From Salisapilia sapeloensis CBS 127946 (taxonomy: Eukaryota; Protista; Oomycota), in NCBI GenBank assembly GCA_023334545.1, contig JAADVB010000037.1, forward strand, positions 38,973-102,972: a stretch of 64,000 nt of DNA. The letters are read 5' to 3'. How positions within the stretch are numbered: the first letter of the stretch is position 1; each line of letters begins with the position of its first letter. The notes under the pieces were generated by a model. It saw only the letters and a list, made by a program, of their open reading frames with translations, was not told the origin of the DNA and made no database searches. Below, piece by piece: positions 1-10,650 of this stretch. The position numbers and the translations under genes were made by a program.

Positions 1-172
1 GTCACGATTGATGAAGTTGTGGCGAGAAGCGTCGTCAGTACCATCGATAGAAGAAGTGAGGAGGAGGCAGCAGGAGGCGTATGGAGAAGTGGATGAAGAT
101 GGAAGTGACGTCGATACTGACAGTGTGAGTGAAAGTGAGATGAGGGAAGAGATAGAGGAGACGGAAGTGTAG
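1..172 (+). CDS. 3' end of a gene truncated by the window edge (acidic tail, unknown product)
   Basis: Frame 2 is open from base 2 to TAG at 170-172 (SRLMKLWREASS...EEIEETEV*). Purine-rich, coding-like composition. Confidence 0.45.
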   Translation, partial: SRLMKLWREASSVPSIEEVRRRQQEAYGEVDEDGSDVDTDSVSESEMREEIEETEV

Positions 173-219
173 AGTGAGTGAGTGGCGAGTAAGAAGATAA
201 CATTCATTCCAACTCGAAA

Positions 220-1006
220 TTAATTCTTAAGTCGTTGCAATCGCTTCTGTTCACCTTCCAACTGTAGCACACTACGTCAGCTCCAGTCAATACTAGGATA
301 AAGACAACTACGTACCACTTTTTGAACACGTTGGAGCGTCGGTCCTTTCGAAGCGGAGCAGTTCTTTGGTTGGTATGGAGGCGTAATGACAACTTCACCC
401 ATGACCCGGATCTTTTGTCCATCCCATTCACAAGGCATCCTACAAGACGTACGTGAGTACACATATAGTATTTACACACGGCAAAGACGGTATTGTACGT
501 TTTGTTCAGAGCGTCGAAGATGGCTTGGGCTTCGGCGCTGACGTTTTTGCCGATGGAAGCAAGAGCTCGTTCTGCCTGCTGCCTGTTACGCATCTCCAGC
601 CGCATCAAGTCGTCTTCAGAGATGGATGGAAGTGTCTCCTGAACGTCCTTTGGAGCCTGCTTGACGACCTATAGATCATTCAGTCGAGATAAAGTGGATG
701 TAGCATGCAATCAAGTCCTACTTCGATGTTTTTCAATGCATCCAACTGGAAGATCCTGGTCTTAGTCTTCTGGCCATTCGACTCTTCTAAGCACACATAA
801 AAGTTTAGCTGTTGAACGATACATGCGTGGCAGTATCAGTAGCTACCGACGATGAGGAGCTTGGCAACGGGATCTAGCGTAAAGATAATGCCTTCCACTT
901 GCTCCCCAGAGTTCGTGGTGACCTTCACGACAGCTCCGATGACACCTCCGTCCACATTCAACTGTGACGGCATATCCAGTTGAGCTCGAGTATCCACATG
1001 TGCCAT
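220..1006 (-). CDS. LSM12: LSM12-like protein (Lsm N-terminal + anticodon-binding domain), multi-exon
   Basis: Spliced translation MAHVD...GAVVKVTTNSGEQVEGIIFTLDPVAKLLIV...RQQAERALASIGKNVSAEAQAIFDALNKT...WDGQKIRVMGEVVITPPY...LQRVQKVLEGEQKRLQRLKN*. This matches the recalled LSM12 pattern; short GT-AG introns; TAA at 222-220. Confidence 0.8.
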
Positions 1007-1185
1007 GGCGTCCAAGCCGCTGTACGAATGGCGCGATTCGATGCGTGCGATGCTTGTTACAAAAGACGCCGGCCGACATTAGTGGCACCATTTACCTTGT
1101 ACTTTGTATGCAAGTAAGACTAATATAACGAGATGTCAAGACTCGCCGCACAACCTGTGGCGGAAAACAACGAGGAGAGCTTGCT

Positions 1186-1678
1186 ATGGGTCACGACGAG
1201 GGTACGTCGCTTTACTTGCATGTGTCTATGCTAGAGGATGCTAGGTGGATGTAGGTTACTCCTACCATCCAAGGTGTTGGATGCAGTATCCTCTTTGCAT
1301 GTCGAAGCACCGTTTGTACGAGATAACAGACCAGACCTTGTCGTTCTGGTGGTCTCGTCGATCGTATATGGACATTTCTCCTTACGCATTGCTCTTTGTG
1401 TATTAGAAATCCAGATTCCTTCTCGGGAACAAATGGTGGACGCGCGTCTGCCGCTCCACTTCCGTGACCTGTGCTCTGGGATCTTGATCCCATTGAACGA
1501 GTGCCGACGGGAGACATTGTACCTCCCGTGGAAATGCCAGGACTTGCGTCACGCGTACGAAAAGTGCCAGCATGACGAGTACACTTCTATTTATCTATGT
1601 ATCCAACTAGTTGCTTATGACTTTGCTATTAGATGGAAGAAGCGTGTGGCTGTGCTCAAGCAGAACAAGCGAGGATAA
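1186..1678 (+). CDS. NDUFB7: NADH:ubiquinone oxidoreductase subunit B18 (NDUFB7), 3 exons
   Basis: ATG 1186, intron 1202-1406, then EIQIPSREQMVDARLPLHFRDLCSGILIPLNECRRETLYLPWKCQDLRHAYEKCQHDE with twin CX9C motifs; a second intron, then WKKRVAVLKQNKRG*. Confidence 0.9.
1228..1377 (+). ncRNA. Candidate intronic box H/ACA-type small RNA in NDUFB7 intron 1
   Basis: Two consecutive hairpins (1228-1300, 1310-1371). The second has a lower stem, a 6+6 nt internal loop and an upper stem, followed directly by ACA at 1372-1374. No strict ANANNA hinge box was found. Confidence 0.35.
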
Positions 1679-1842
1679 ATTGATAGCGGGTACACGGCCA
1701 ATGTTGCAGTCGAAGCGCTTTCCAATACAATCGATCGTTAACAAAGAAGATGCTAGTATGATATCCAACTTTTTTATCCTTTATCAGGTCCAAGGAAACG
1801 CACGCCAATCTCTTTTCTTCGATCGATAAACAGATCCGGTCT

Positions 1843-4830
1843 TTACAGTGCTTCAGACGCTTCCTGTACGAGATGCTCCAGCGTTGACTTCAATGCCTTC
1901 GCAGTCTCTGTTAAATGATCCACATCATTCGCAGACGCTCGCACAGCTTCTGACTCTTGGTTATCACGCTCTTCCACGTCCAGTTCCTTCGTTGGGAACT
2001 CCGAATCTTCAGGAAGAGCAATATCTCCACCAGCCTCCAACACTACTTCCTCTACCTCTTCTGCAGTATTATCCACAACCTCGCTGTCGATCTTTTCACC
2101 ATCAACCTCCTCTTCCTCCACCTGATTGTTGTCCTCCAGGTCTTCATCTACCTTTTTGCCGTTGCTCTCTATAGCATCCGGTTCTCTATTCGCCACTTCT
2201 TCCATTTGGTTACTTTCCAAAGGCTCTTCCTTCGATTCCTCAACCTCCTCCACAAAAGGTTCTTCATCGATCTCAACTGCTGCCTTCTCTTCGACATCAC
2301 CAGTCTCCTCTTCGGCATCAGCAGTTTCCTCTTTGGCATCAGCAGTATCCTCTTCGACAAAATCTTCCTCTGCAGGTGCTTCTTCACCAGTCTCAACCGG
2401 CCCCTCCTCTTCGTGAACACCAGCATCTCCTTGCGCATGCACCTCCTCATTTTCCTCCACAAGAGTCTCTTCCACAGTGTACTCCTCTACAGGTACTTCA
2501 TCATCCTCAACGGGAGTTTCCTCCTTCTGAACACCAGCCTCTTCTTCCTTCACATGCACTTGGCCGTCAGCCTCAACAGGAACCTCCTCCTGAGCATCAG
2601 CCTCTTCGTCCACAAGATCCTCTACAGGAGTCTCTTCACTTTGAACAGGACTCTCCTTTTCCTCCATCTCAGTCTCTTCCAAATGCTCCTGATCACCATC
2701 TTCCATAGGACGTTCCTCCGCTGGCTCATCCACATGTCCTGTAGGTTCATCTTCAATGTCTTCACCAACATCCTCAGCATCGTCTCGCTGAGGTGGAGCT
2801 TTCTCTTCCTCATCGTCTATTATTTGCACCACAGACTCTTCCTCGCTCATGACTTGTGTGTCTACGAATGCATCAGCAGCATCAAGCGTCGTCACATCAC
2901 TCGGCAGTCCGTCAAACGCTGCGTCATGCACAGCTGCAGCCAACTGCCCTTCCGACAGAGCATTCATATCTACACCAGATCTTTGCAACCTTTCCGCCAG
3001 TCGATGCACGATCAAGTCTGCTTCATTTGTCAAAAGAGCTCTTCGAGATGACCGAGATAGGTGCGACAAGTCGATCGCGGCCGTTGAAAAGTACACCATC
3101 AAGATCGTCACGCTCCATAAGAGAGCTACAAAGACGTTCATCCGCCACGACCGCCTCGTCGCAGGCTTCTCAATCTTTTCCTCTGGTAAAGGAGCTGCAG
3201 GTTTCTCCTCCAACTTCTCTTCTACATCCTCCTTCTTCTCTTCTTCCACCTGCTGCTTCTGTAAACTTTGCACATGCTGCTCAAAGTATTGTCGCTCCTC
3301 TTCAAATCGTTCGACCGTCGCTCGAAGCTCATCGTTCTGAACCTGCAGCTCTTGGTTCTGTGCCATCGCTTGCTCTAGTCGCGCATGCGTCTGCACTTGT
3401 TCCTCTCGAATGCGAACGGTGACTCGACCCATGACCTTAATCTGACTTTCCATCCGCTGGATGATGCAAATGAGCTCGACTTCCACTCGACTCCGCGTCT
3501 TTCTCGATCGAGAGAGAATGCGCTGGACAGTGTCTGACATACCGGCCGTCAATTGGTCAAAGTCTGCTTGCGTCGGACTAGCAGAACGCATAGCAGTCGA
3601 GGCAGCTGCAGACGCAACTTGGTTGGAGATATGTTCTGCTGCTACGGAAGGAGTCGCCTCCGAAAGCACTTGATCCTCTTGGATCGTAGGTGTCATCTCA
3701 TGTGGAGGAGGAAGAGAGCGGTCATACGTCTGCTCTGCCGTCGCCTTCTGCTCCTCCGATGGGAATGGATCGTACGTCTGCTCTTCACTTGCGCTCTGTT
3801 CCTGCGATGGAAAAGGATCGTACTTCTGCTCCGTAGAAGTGGAAGCATACCCGTTATCTGTCTGCTCCCGCGATGAGAAAGGTCCGTACGTCTGCTCCGT
3901 AGACGTAGATGCATATCCATCATTTGTCTGCTCCTGCGACGGGAAAGGATCGTACGACTGCTCCGTAGAAGCGAAAGCATACTCATCGTTTGTCTGGTCC
4001 TGCTGCATAGGAGCTTCTTCCATCGTGTCCTCCAGCCGAGGAGGGAAGATGTCGGATGTCGGTGCATCAGTCGAGTACTCTGCTCGACTAACAAAATACT
4101 CTGACGCATGCACCGGCTCTGGAGATTGTTCCTGTACTACATTTTGCTCTGACTCGTAATTGTCATAGGATGGCGATTGGCTCTGCTGTCCATTGTACTG
4201 GTCTTGACTTTGGTGTCCATCGTACTGGTCTTGACTCACTGGCGCGTCATACGTTTGCATACTTGTCTGGTCATACTCATACGATTGATCAGCCTGAGGA
4301 GGTGGTACTGGTGACTGCTGTTGATGAGTATTTTGGATTGGCTGGGTGACTGCAAACGTCGAGGAAGCCACGTGAGATCGAGGTGGAGGTGCTTGGTACT
4401 GGTTTCCACGTGTCTGGTACGACTGGGGATGTGGATTATAAGCTGACTGTTGGGGTCTATTAAACGTCGGTCCTTGATACAACATGTTTCCAGCTGGAGA
4501 CGGCGGTGGCGGAGCTGAGTGCGCTGCCGTTGGGAAGATGAGGTTGGCTGCATCTATACCGATGGACGGACGAGGCGACCGGATGTCCGTTGGAGGAGCG
4601 TACTCATCGGACAAGGGTCCTGTTAAGAACGGTCCGTTCACTTGAGAGAATAGCTGCCAATTGCCACTAACAGATCGAGGACTCTCGGCATACGACCCGA
4701 CTGACAGCGTATCGTCTACTTAGGCATTTAAATTTGTTATACAAACGATCCAAGTAGAGTTTATGACGTAAATACCGGAGCAATCGGACGTGTGCCTCTT
4801 CTTGGGTGAGAATTGCGGGTATTGTGCCAT
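1843..4830 (-). CDS. Large low-complexity single-pass membrane protein (Pro/Gln-rich N-terminus, coiled coil, one TM, very acidic C-terminus)
   Basis: 932-codon ORF. It extends in phase through an intron to a probable ATG at 4830 (MAQYPQFSPKKRHTSDCS|DDTLSVG). Hydrophobic segment VFVALLWSVTILMVYFSTAAI; Glu-rich tail. No recognisable family. Confidence 0.72.
3812..4010. repeat. Coding tandem repeat, three 66-bp units (22 aa) plus partial units toward 3720
   Basis: AAAGG(A/T)(T/C)CGTAC..CTGCTCCGTAGA recurs with its GG at 3815, 3881 and 3947; encodes QEQTxxGYASTSTEQxYxPFxS-like units. Confidence 0.8.
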
Positions 4831-5356
4831 CCCGAGGCACGAAGGTCTAGGCCGAGGAAAAGGATGTGAGCGACTTGATGTGCTCTGCGCCTTAGCTGAA
4901 CTGACGCCCTCTATCCTTATCCTGCGTAGCTGTTAAGAATCGCTAGGTTTCAATACGATACGAACTTCTTCATGTTGTGTGTTTCTTACAACAACAACAG
5001 CAGCAGAATCGCTCGGACAGGCACTATGACGGTACAGATGTACTCAGCTACTTCTACTACACTTCAACGTCTGCACGTGAACGCCGAACGATTCTACCTA
5101 GGAGACTTCAAACCCATTGCAAAAGAGTGAAGCACATATCTTTAGTGTAAAGCATGCATTTATCATTATAGATGGAAACTATGCTTCGATGGCACCTACA
5201 AAGAAGCTTCTTAACATTGACAGAAGCATTATGCCGTTGGACCTTGTGCATCAAATGCTGGAAGCACACAGATACAAGACGAGAAAGAGTGACTGCAGCG
5301 ATTATCCAATACCAAGTTCATTTTGAGTAATAGAAGCCTGAAACGTTTGATTCATC

Positions 5357-7165
5357 TTACAGCTCCGTCTCTTTATCCGCACTGCCATCTGCCTTGTCGT
5401 CCGGGAAGGCTGCGCTCTTAAAGCTCGTCGGGTCCTCATCCGCGCTCTCCTTATCATCACCGAATCCCTTGCGTTCCATCATAGCCACAAACTCCTCAAA
5501 GCTGATGAGCCCATCGCCGTTCGTATCGACATCGTCCATGACTTCTTGCGCCTGCTCCTCGCTGCCCATGAACTGCACCAAGTCCGCCTTGGTGATCACG
5601 CCCTGCTTCTTCGTGTCAAAGTAGTTGAACGCGTTGATCAAGTACTCTTCTTTGTTCGCCAAGTTCCGCTTCATTGTGGCTGCCAGGAACTCGGGGTAGT
5701 CGATCGTTCCGTCTCCATCAATGTCGACGCCACGCAGCAGCTCCGTCACCTCCTCTTCGATCATACCCAAATTCATATCGCGTAGAGCTGACGCTAATTC
5801 GGCAATGGTGATGACGCCATTGCCATCGGCGTCCAGCTTCATAAACTGCGCCTTGAGCTCAGCAATCTCCGTCTCGGTCATCTGGTCTGCAATGACGCCC
5901 AACGCCGCCTTCTTGAGCTTGTTGTGACCAGTGAAGCGCTTGAGGCTCGACACCAAGTTCGACGTTACGGCAATGTCCGTCTCCGGGGCAGCTCCAGACA
6001 GCCATGGGTGGTCCAGCGTCTCTTGTGCCGTCAGTCGCTTCGATGCGTCCACAAGGAGCAGTTTGCTGATGAGGTCCTTGGCTTCCGGACTCACATTCTC
6101 CCATTCCGGCGAGTCAAAGTCGTAGCGACCAGCACGTACGGACGCAAAGATCTCTGGATCAGTGTCGCCGTAGAATGGAGGGTAACCACATAAGAGGATG
6201 TACGTGATGACACCGAGACTCCACAAGTCACACGACTTGTCATAGTGGCGGCCCAAGACCTCTGGGGCGATGTAGTAGGGCGTTCCGACACGTGTGGTCA
6301 TGACACCGGACGGCAAAACGTCGTCCATGCGAGAGAGACCAAAGTCGATGACCTTAAGCTCTGCGTCTTCATCGGGTGTGGCAAAGAGGAAGTTCTCTGG
6401 CTTCAAGTCTCGATGGACAATGTCTCTTTCGTGGCAGTGGCGGACGGCGTCACAGATCTTGCGCACGAGGATGGCGGCGTCGGCCTCACTATAATGTCCG
6501 CGAGCGATGATGCGGTCAAAGAGTTCGCCGCCGGTGCAGAGCTCCGTGATCAAGTGCAAGTGGCGGTTGCCTTCGCACACGTCAAAGAGCTTGATAATGT
6601 TCGGGTGGTCCAGCGACTGTATGGTTTACACGATCAGGGATGTGCATAACAAGCAGAGAATGGGCAGGTGGATACCTTGAGGATGCTGATCTCACGACGC
6701 ATGGTCTCCGGACGACTGACTTTGGCCTTAGGGATCGTCTTAATCGCCACCTTTTCGCCCGTTTCCTTGCTAATACCCGTGCGAACCGTACCGTAGTGAC
6801 CTATTCAACAGGAATAGCGTGTCAATACATTTCAATATGATTGCGATTAGAGCAGACGTACCATGCCCGAGCTCGCTCTTGTCGATCTCGTAAAAGTTAT
6901 TGATATCTTTCAATTCACCCGTGATCTACACATGTATATAAACAATTAAGCACACTATCTCTCAGCCTACTCGTTCGACTGCACGTACGAGTTCCTTCCC
7001 ACGACGATCTTTTCCTGGCGCAGGGGGAGGTTGGGTCGTCTGGTTTTGTCCCGACGGTACCGGAGATGGCACTTGCGCCGGCGTCGCGTTGCGCTTCGAC
7101 CGTTTCCCACGTACGTGGTGTGTCCCGGTCTTTTCGTTATTCAGATTGCTCGTGTTGCTTCCCAT
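5357..7165 (-). CDS. CDPK: Calcium-dependent protein kinase (kinase + four EF-hands), multi-exon
   Basis: HRDLKPEN, DFG and GTPYYIAPE motifs; autoinhibitory junction LKRFTGHNKLKKAAL; EF loops DADGNGVITIAE, DIDGDGTIDYPE, DTKKQGVITKAD, DTNGDGLISFEE; N-terminal MGSNTS myristoylation-type start at 7165. Confidence 0.95.
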
Positions 7166-7466
7166 TCTTTCACTCGCGTCACGTGCGCAGGCGATGAGAA
7201 TCTAGAAAATGGTACTCGTACCCGAGCGGATAATTTGAGGTGGGTGAATATCATGGCTAAATCCACCCTTCATGTCATTACAGATCGGACGGCGTGAAAT
7301 CCATAGTATGACATATCACAGGTTCTACGAATATACAAACGCTATTGACAAGAGGTTTCCACACGATTAAGGCACACAGGTACTTCAATGGCTACATCGT
7401 CCTGACGTGTTGGATTTTCTCCCGTGCAGATCCGATGTGGATCGTGGTGGGTACAAAACCTGAGAT

Positions 7467-9392
7467 CTATTCTTCCTGCGGATGGAAGTTGTTCCACGGC
7501 ATGAGCGACTGGAGGAATAACAGGACTGGGTTCGCGTCGGCTGGAAGTTGGCCTGCAGCCTGCTGGGCTTGGATGTCTGCGATCGCTGCTTGTGCCTGGT
7601 CCTGGTCCATTTGCTGACCGTTGGGCAGCTGAGGCTGCTGCATCATCGGGTGATCCTGCGGCAATGTCGTCACTTCATCGGAAAAGTCCGCGACCGTCGC
7701 ACGCATGTACTTGTCCATGACGTCCGGCAACACCGTCACCTGCTTGTTCGTCTTCTGCAACGACTCGGAGCTGACGGCCAGCTCCGCCGCTTGCAGGAGT
7801 AGACCTTGGTGCATTGTCACCTTCCACAAAGACGCATGACGAGTGACGTAGATGTCCAAGAGATGACTTAGCACACTGCTATCCGGCAGTCTTTTGCAGT
7901 TCATAAAGAGCTGGTGACTACGAACCTGCTTCCAGGACGGGCTCGACACGTTGATGCCGCTTGCATCCAAGAGAGGACGCAGGACTGTCGGGAACCGGAT
8001 GAGTGCTTTTGCTAGTTGCTCCTTGGCCTTTTCCTTGTCATCCTGCAGAGCATAGGCCAAAGCGAGGGAGAATTGAAGACCTGGTAGGACGTCTACCGTC
8101 ACCTCTTCCTTGTTTCGACTGTCATCGTGTCGATCGACCACTGGCGAATGGGATTCCATCAGGTCGACGATAAACTTGCCTTCTTTCGCAGTCAGAGCAT
8201 AGTAGTCGATGGCCAGTAGCACGTTCATCGGGTCTCCAGTCGGGTCCATCGATAGCAATAGTCTAGCCGTCTCGAACGCACTTCGACTGCATCCTCTCCG
8301 ACCCACTTGCTTCATCAGTAAAAACAATGCTTTAAAGAATCCGTCGTTATGCTCTACATTAATATCCATGCGACAGTCGCCTTTCGTCACGTCAAAGTCC
8401 GGCGACCACGCGAGCTCCAGGGCGTAGACGCAGCGCTTGATACAATCAGACGCGTGGTCCATCTGGCCATGATGCTGGAAAACTTCACTCATCTGGAGCA
8501 GGGCATCAATGTGGAACGGATAGCGCTGTAGGAACATGCCGATCATGTTCGGATCGTGCGTCTGCTGCAGCGTCTCGAACTCCTTTTGACTCTTTTCGTA
8601 CGCGAGAGACCACGTGACTTCGTAGAAGCGACAAAAGCTACTCCATCCAGCTCCACTTGGTTTATTCGCTTTGCTCCAGCGAATACCACCACCCACAAAT
8701 GTCGGTGGACGAGGCCATTCGTCTAATGGAGTCACGAGGTGCACGCGTTTCGTCACTTTATTACCAGCTTGTCGAGGATCTCGACGCTGTCGGTTGGCAA
8801 GGGTGTCACGGCCACCTCGGACACCGAATAGACGCTTCATTTCTTTATCAGCGTTGATGAACTTAAGCTGAACACCGAATAAGGAGCTAGCAATCTGTTG
8901 GTACTGTGGCGTCTCGTGGCGCGAGACATTCATATCTTGTGTTTGAGCTGAAAGCGAGTCAAGCAGTGCATCAACATCTTCCTCTTCGTGCTTTTTCTGC
9001 TTTCCGTTCTTCTTCTTGTTCCTACGTAATGGAGGTGAATGCATGTAATAAGAGACTGGACGACGTGGAGAGTACGCACTTGGATGGTTTAGGAGGTGGT
9101 GATTTTTCCACTGGTTTCGTTTCTACCACAGATGTACATTCTTCCTCTTCATTGTCACTATCGTTATCACTTTCGTCCGAGTCCGAGTCCGAGTCCATGA
9201 GGAAAGAGAAACCAGCACTCGCAGGCTTCTTCATTTCTAACTCTTCTTCGGAAGACTCGTCCACTTCCTCTTCAGCTTTATTTTGAGCAGCTAACTTGCT
9301 CAAGCGCTTTGCTTGACGTGCCGACCTACGACGGAAAGCATTCTATGGTTTGAAAGGGCACTTGTACCAAGATATGCGTGTTAAACGTACAT
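7467..9392 (-). CDS. TCF25: TCF25/Rqc1 ribosome quality control factor, 3 exons
   Basis: LKFINADKEMKRLFG; THDPNMIGMFLQRYPFHIDALLQMSEVF; RGCSRSAFETARLLLSMDPTGDPMNVLLAIDYYAL match recalled TCF25/DUF654 motifs. Inferred split start codon AT|G (see findings). Confidence 0.85.
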
Positions 9393-9514
9393 GATCGACT
9401 GCGATTCTTCTTGGTCCAATTCGTTGTCAAAGTATTGTTCGAATATACTCGACTCAACCTTTTTAACACAAAATATATCCAATAAAGCATCTATTCAAGT
9501 TGTTTTTAGCCTTT

Positions 9515-10365
9515 TCAATCTTGTAGAGGTGTTGCAAGGCGAAGATCGATCCGATTGAACTGCACACTGCCTAACACCGCTTCCGGTAGTTCATCTTCCT
9601 CATGCCCTTCAATGACAAAGGCAATTCGTGCAACTAGTGCCGTCGAATAGGACCTGCATAGAGAAGCTGCGTGTCGAGCGACTCGGTCCGAGTTGATGTC
9701 CACTGCTACTTCGAGGTACTTGTCCGTCTGATAATAATCTGTTTGAAGGCAGTTGGCAACGATGAAAGGCTTGCTACCACAGACTTTCCGTACAATCCAC
9801 GGTCCGTCAGGTACAGCCGGGATGAGTTTGAGTCGGCGCTTGCGAAAGTCATCATTACCTGCTACAAACCTCTCCCATAAACTCTCTGCTTCCAAATTCC
9901 TCTCTTCACGCTGTTTTTGGACAAAGTAGTGAACACTGGCAACAACAGGAGTACCAGGCACTATGAGCGTCACGGCAAGGACGAATGGCAGCCTTTCATT
10001 CCGTGCCTCGCTCCGCTTAATCAGTTTTTGGACATAACTTTTGCGGTGCTGACACAGATTCTTGAGCCTGTCTCCTTCGCCACTGAATAGATCCACCCAC
10101 ACAAGTTCCAACACTGCATTATCATGTCATATAACAGATCCTCTATCAATCAAGTACACATTCACTTACGAGAATCCTGCGAAGGTTCTTTCCGTTTGTT
10201 CACGAGATACTCTTTCGATCGAACGTGAAACTGCGCCACATCCGGCTGCGACCACATTTGTCGTAGCGTCGGCGGCTGGTTCATCCAATCGTCCGCATGC
10301 TCTACCTTGGCCACGGACACGGTCTTGTTCTCATCCGTATTCTCCGCTTCACGCACCACATCCAT
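9515..10365 (-). CDS. EDR2 C-terminal (DUF1336) domain protein, 2 exons
   Basis: WSQPDVAQFHVRSKEYLVNKRKEPS, then MLELVWVDLF...RKRRLKLIPAVPDGPWIVRKVCGSKPFIV...YLEVAVDINS...AFVIEGHEEDELPEAVLG. Confidence 0.8.
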
Positions 10366-10650
10366 AATTCTTATGAAAGGTAAGTGCAAGACGTCAAGAT
10401 GCAATGCGCTCGGTAGTTCTATTTCAATCCTTCTATTTTTACCTGCTCTGTAGCTAGGTACTATGCGACTCTTCAGATGACCTGGATCTCACGATGGACG
10501 ACATATCAGTTTAGTAGCATCTATTTGAATAGAAAGAGAGAGGACCGAAATAAACGCTTAAGGGCTTGATGTCAAACAGGATCAGTCCTCGATTTCCATA
10601 CCACGGCAGACTACGCAAGATCATTGTGGCACGTCTCACCGGAAGCGAAG

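Noticed and set aside
1957-3051. Long antisense ORFs (also 20362-21372, 40852-41565, 43044-44030 and similar)
   Set aside because: They are shadows of biased codon usage on the opposite coding strand, with unnatural Leu/Phe/Ser/Arg-rich composition and no motifs.
4972-5326. Small two-exon gene on the + strand
   Set aside because: The obvious splice gives an early stop and no motif is recognisable; not supportable without transcripts.
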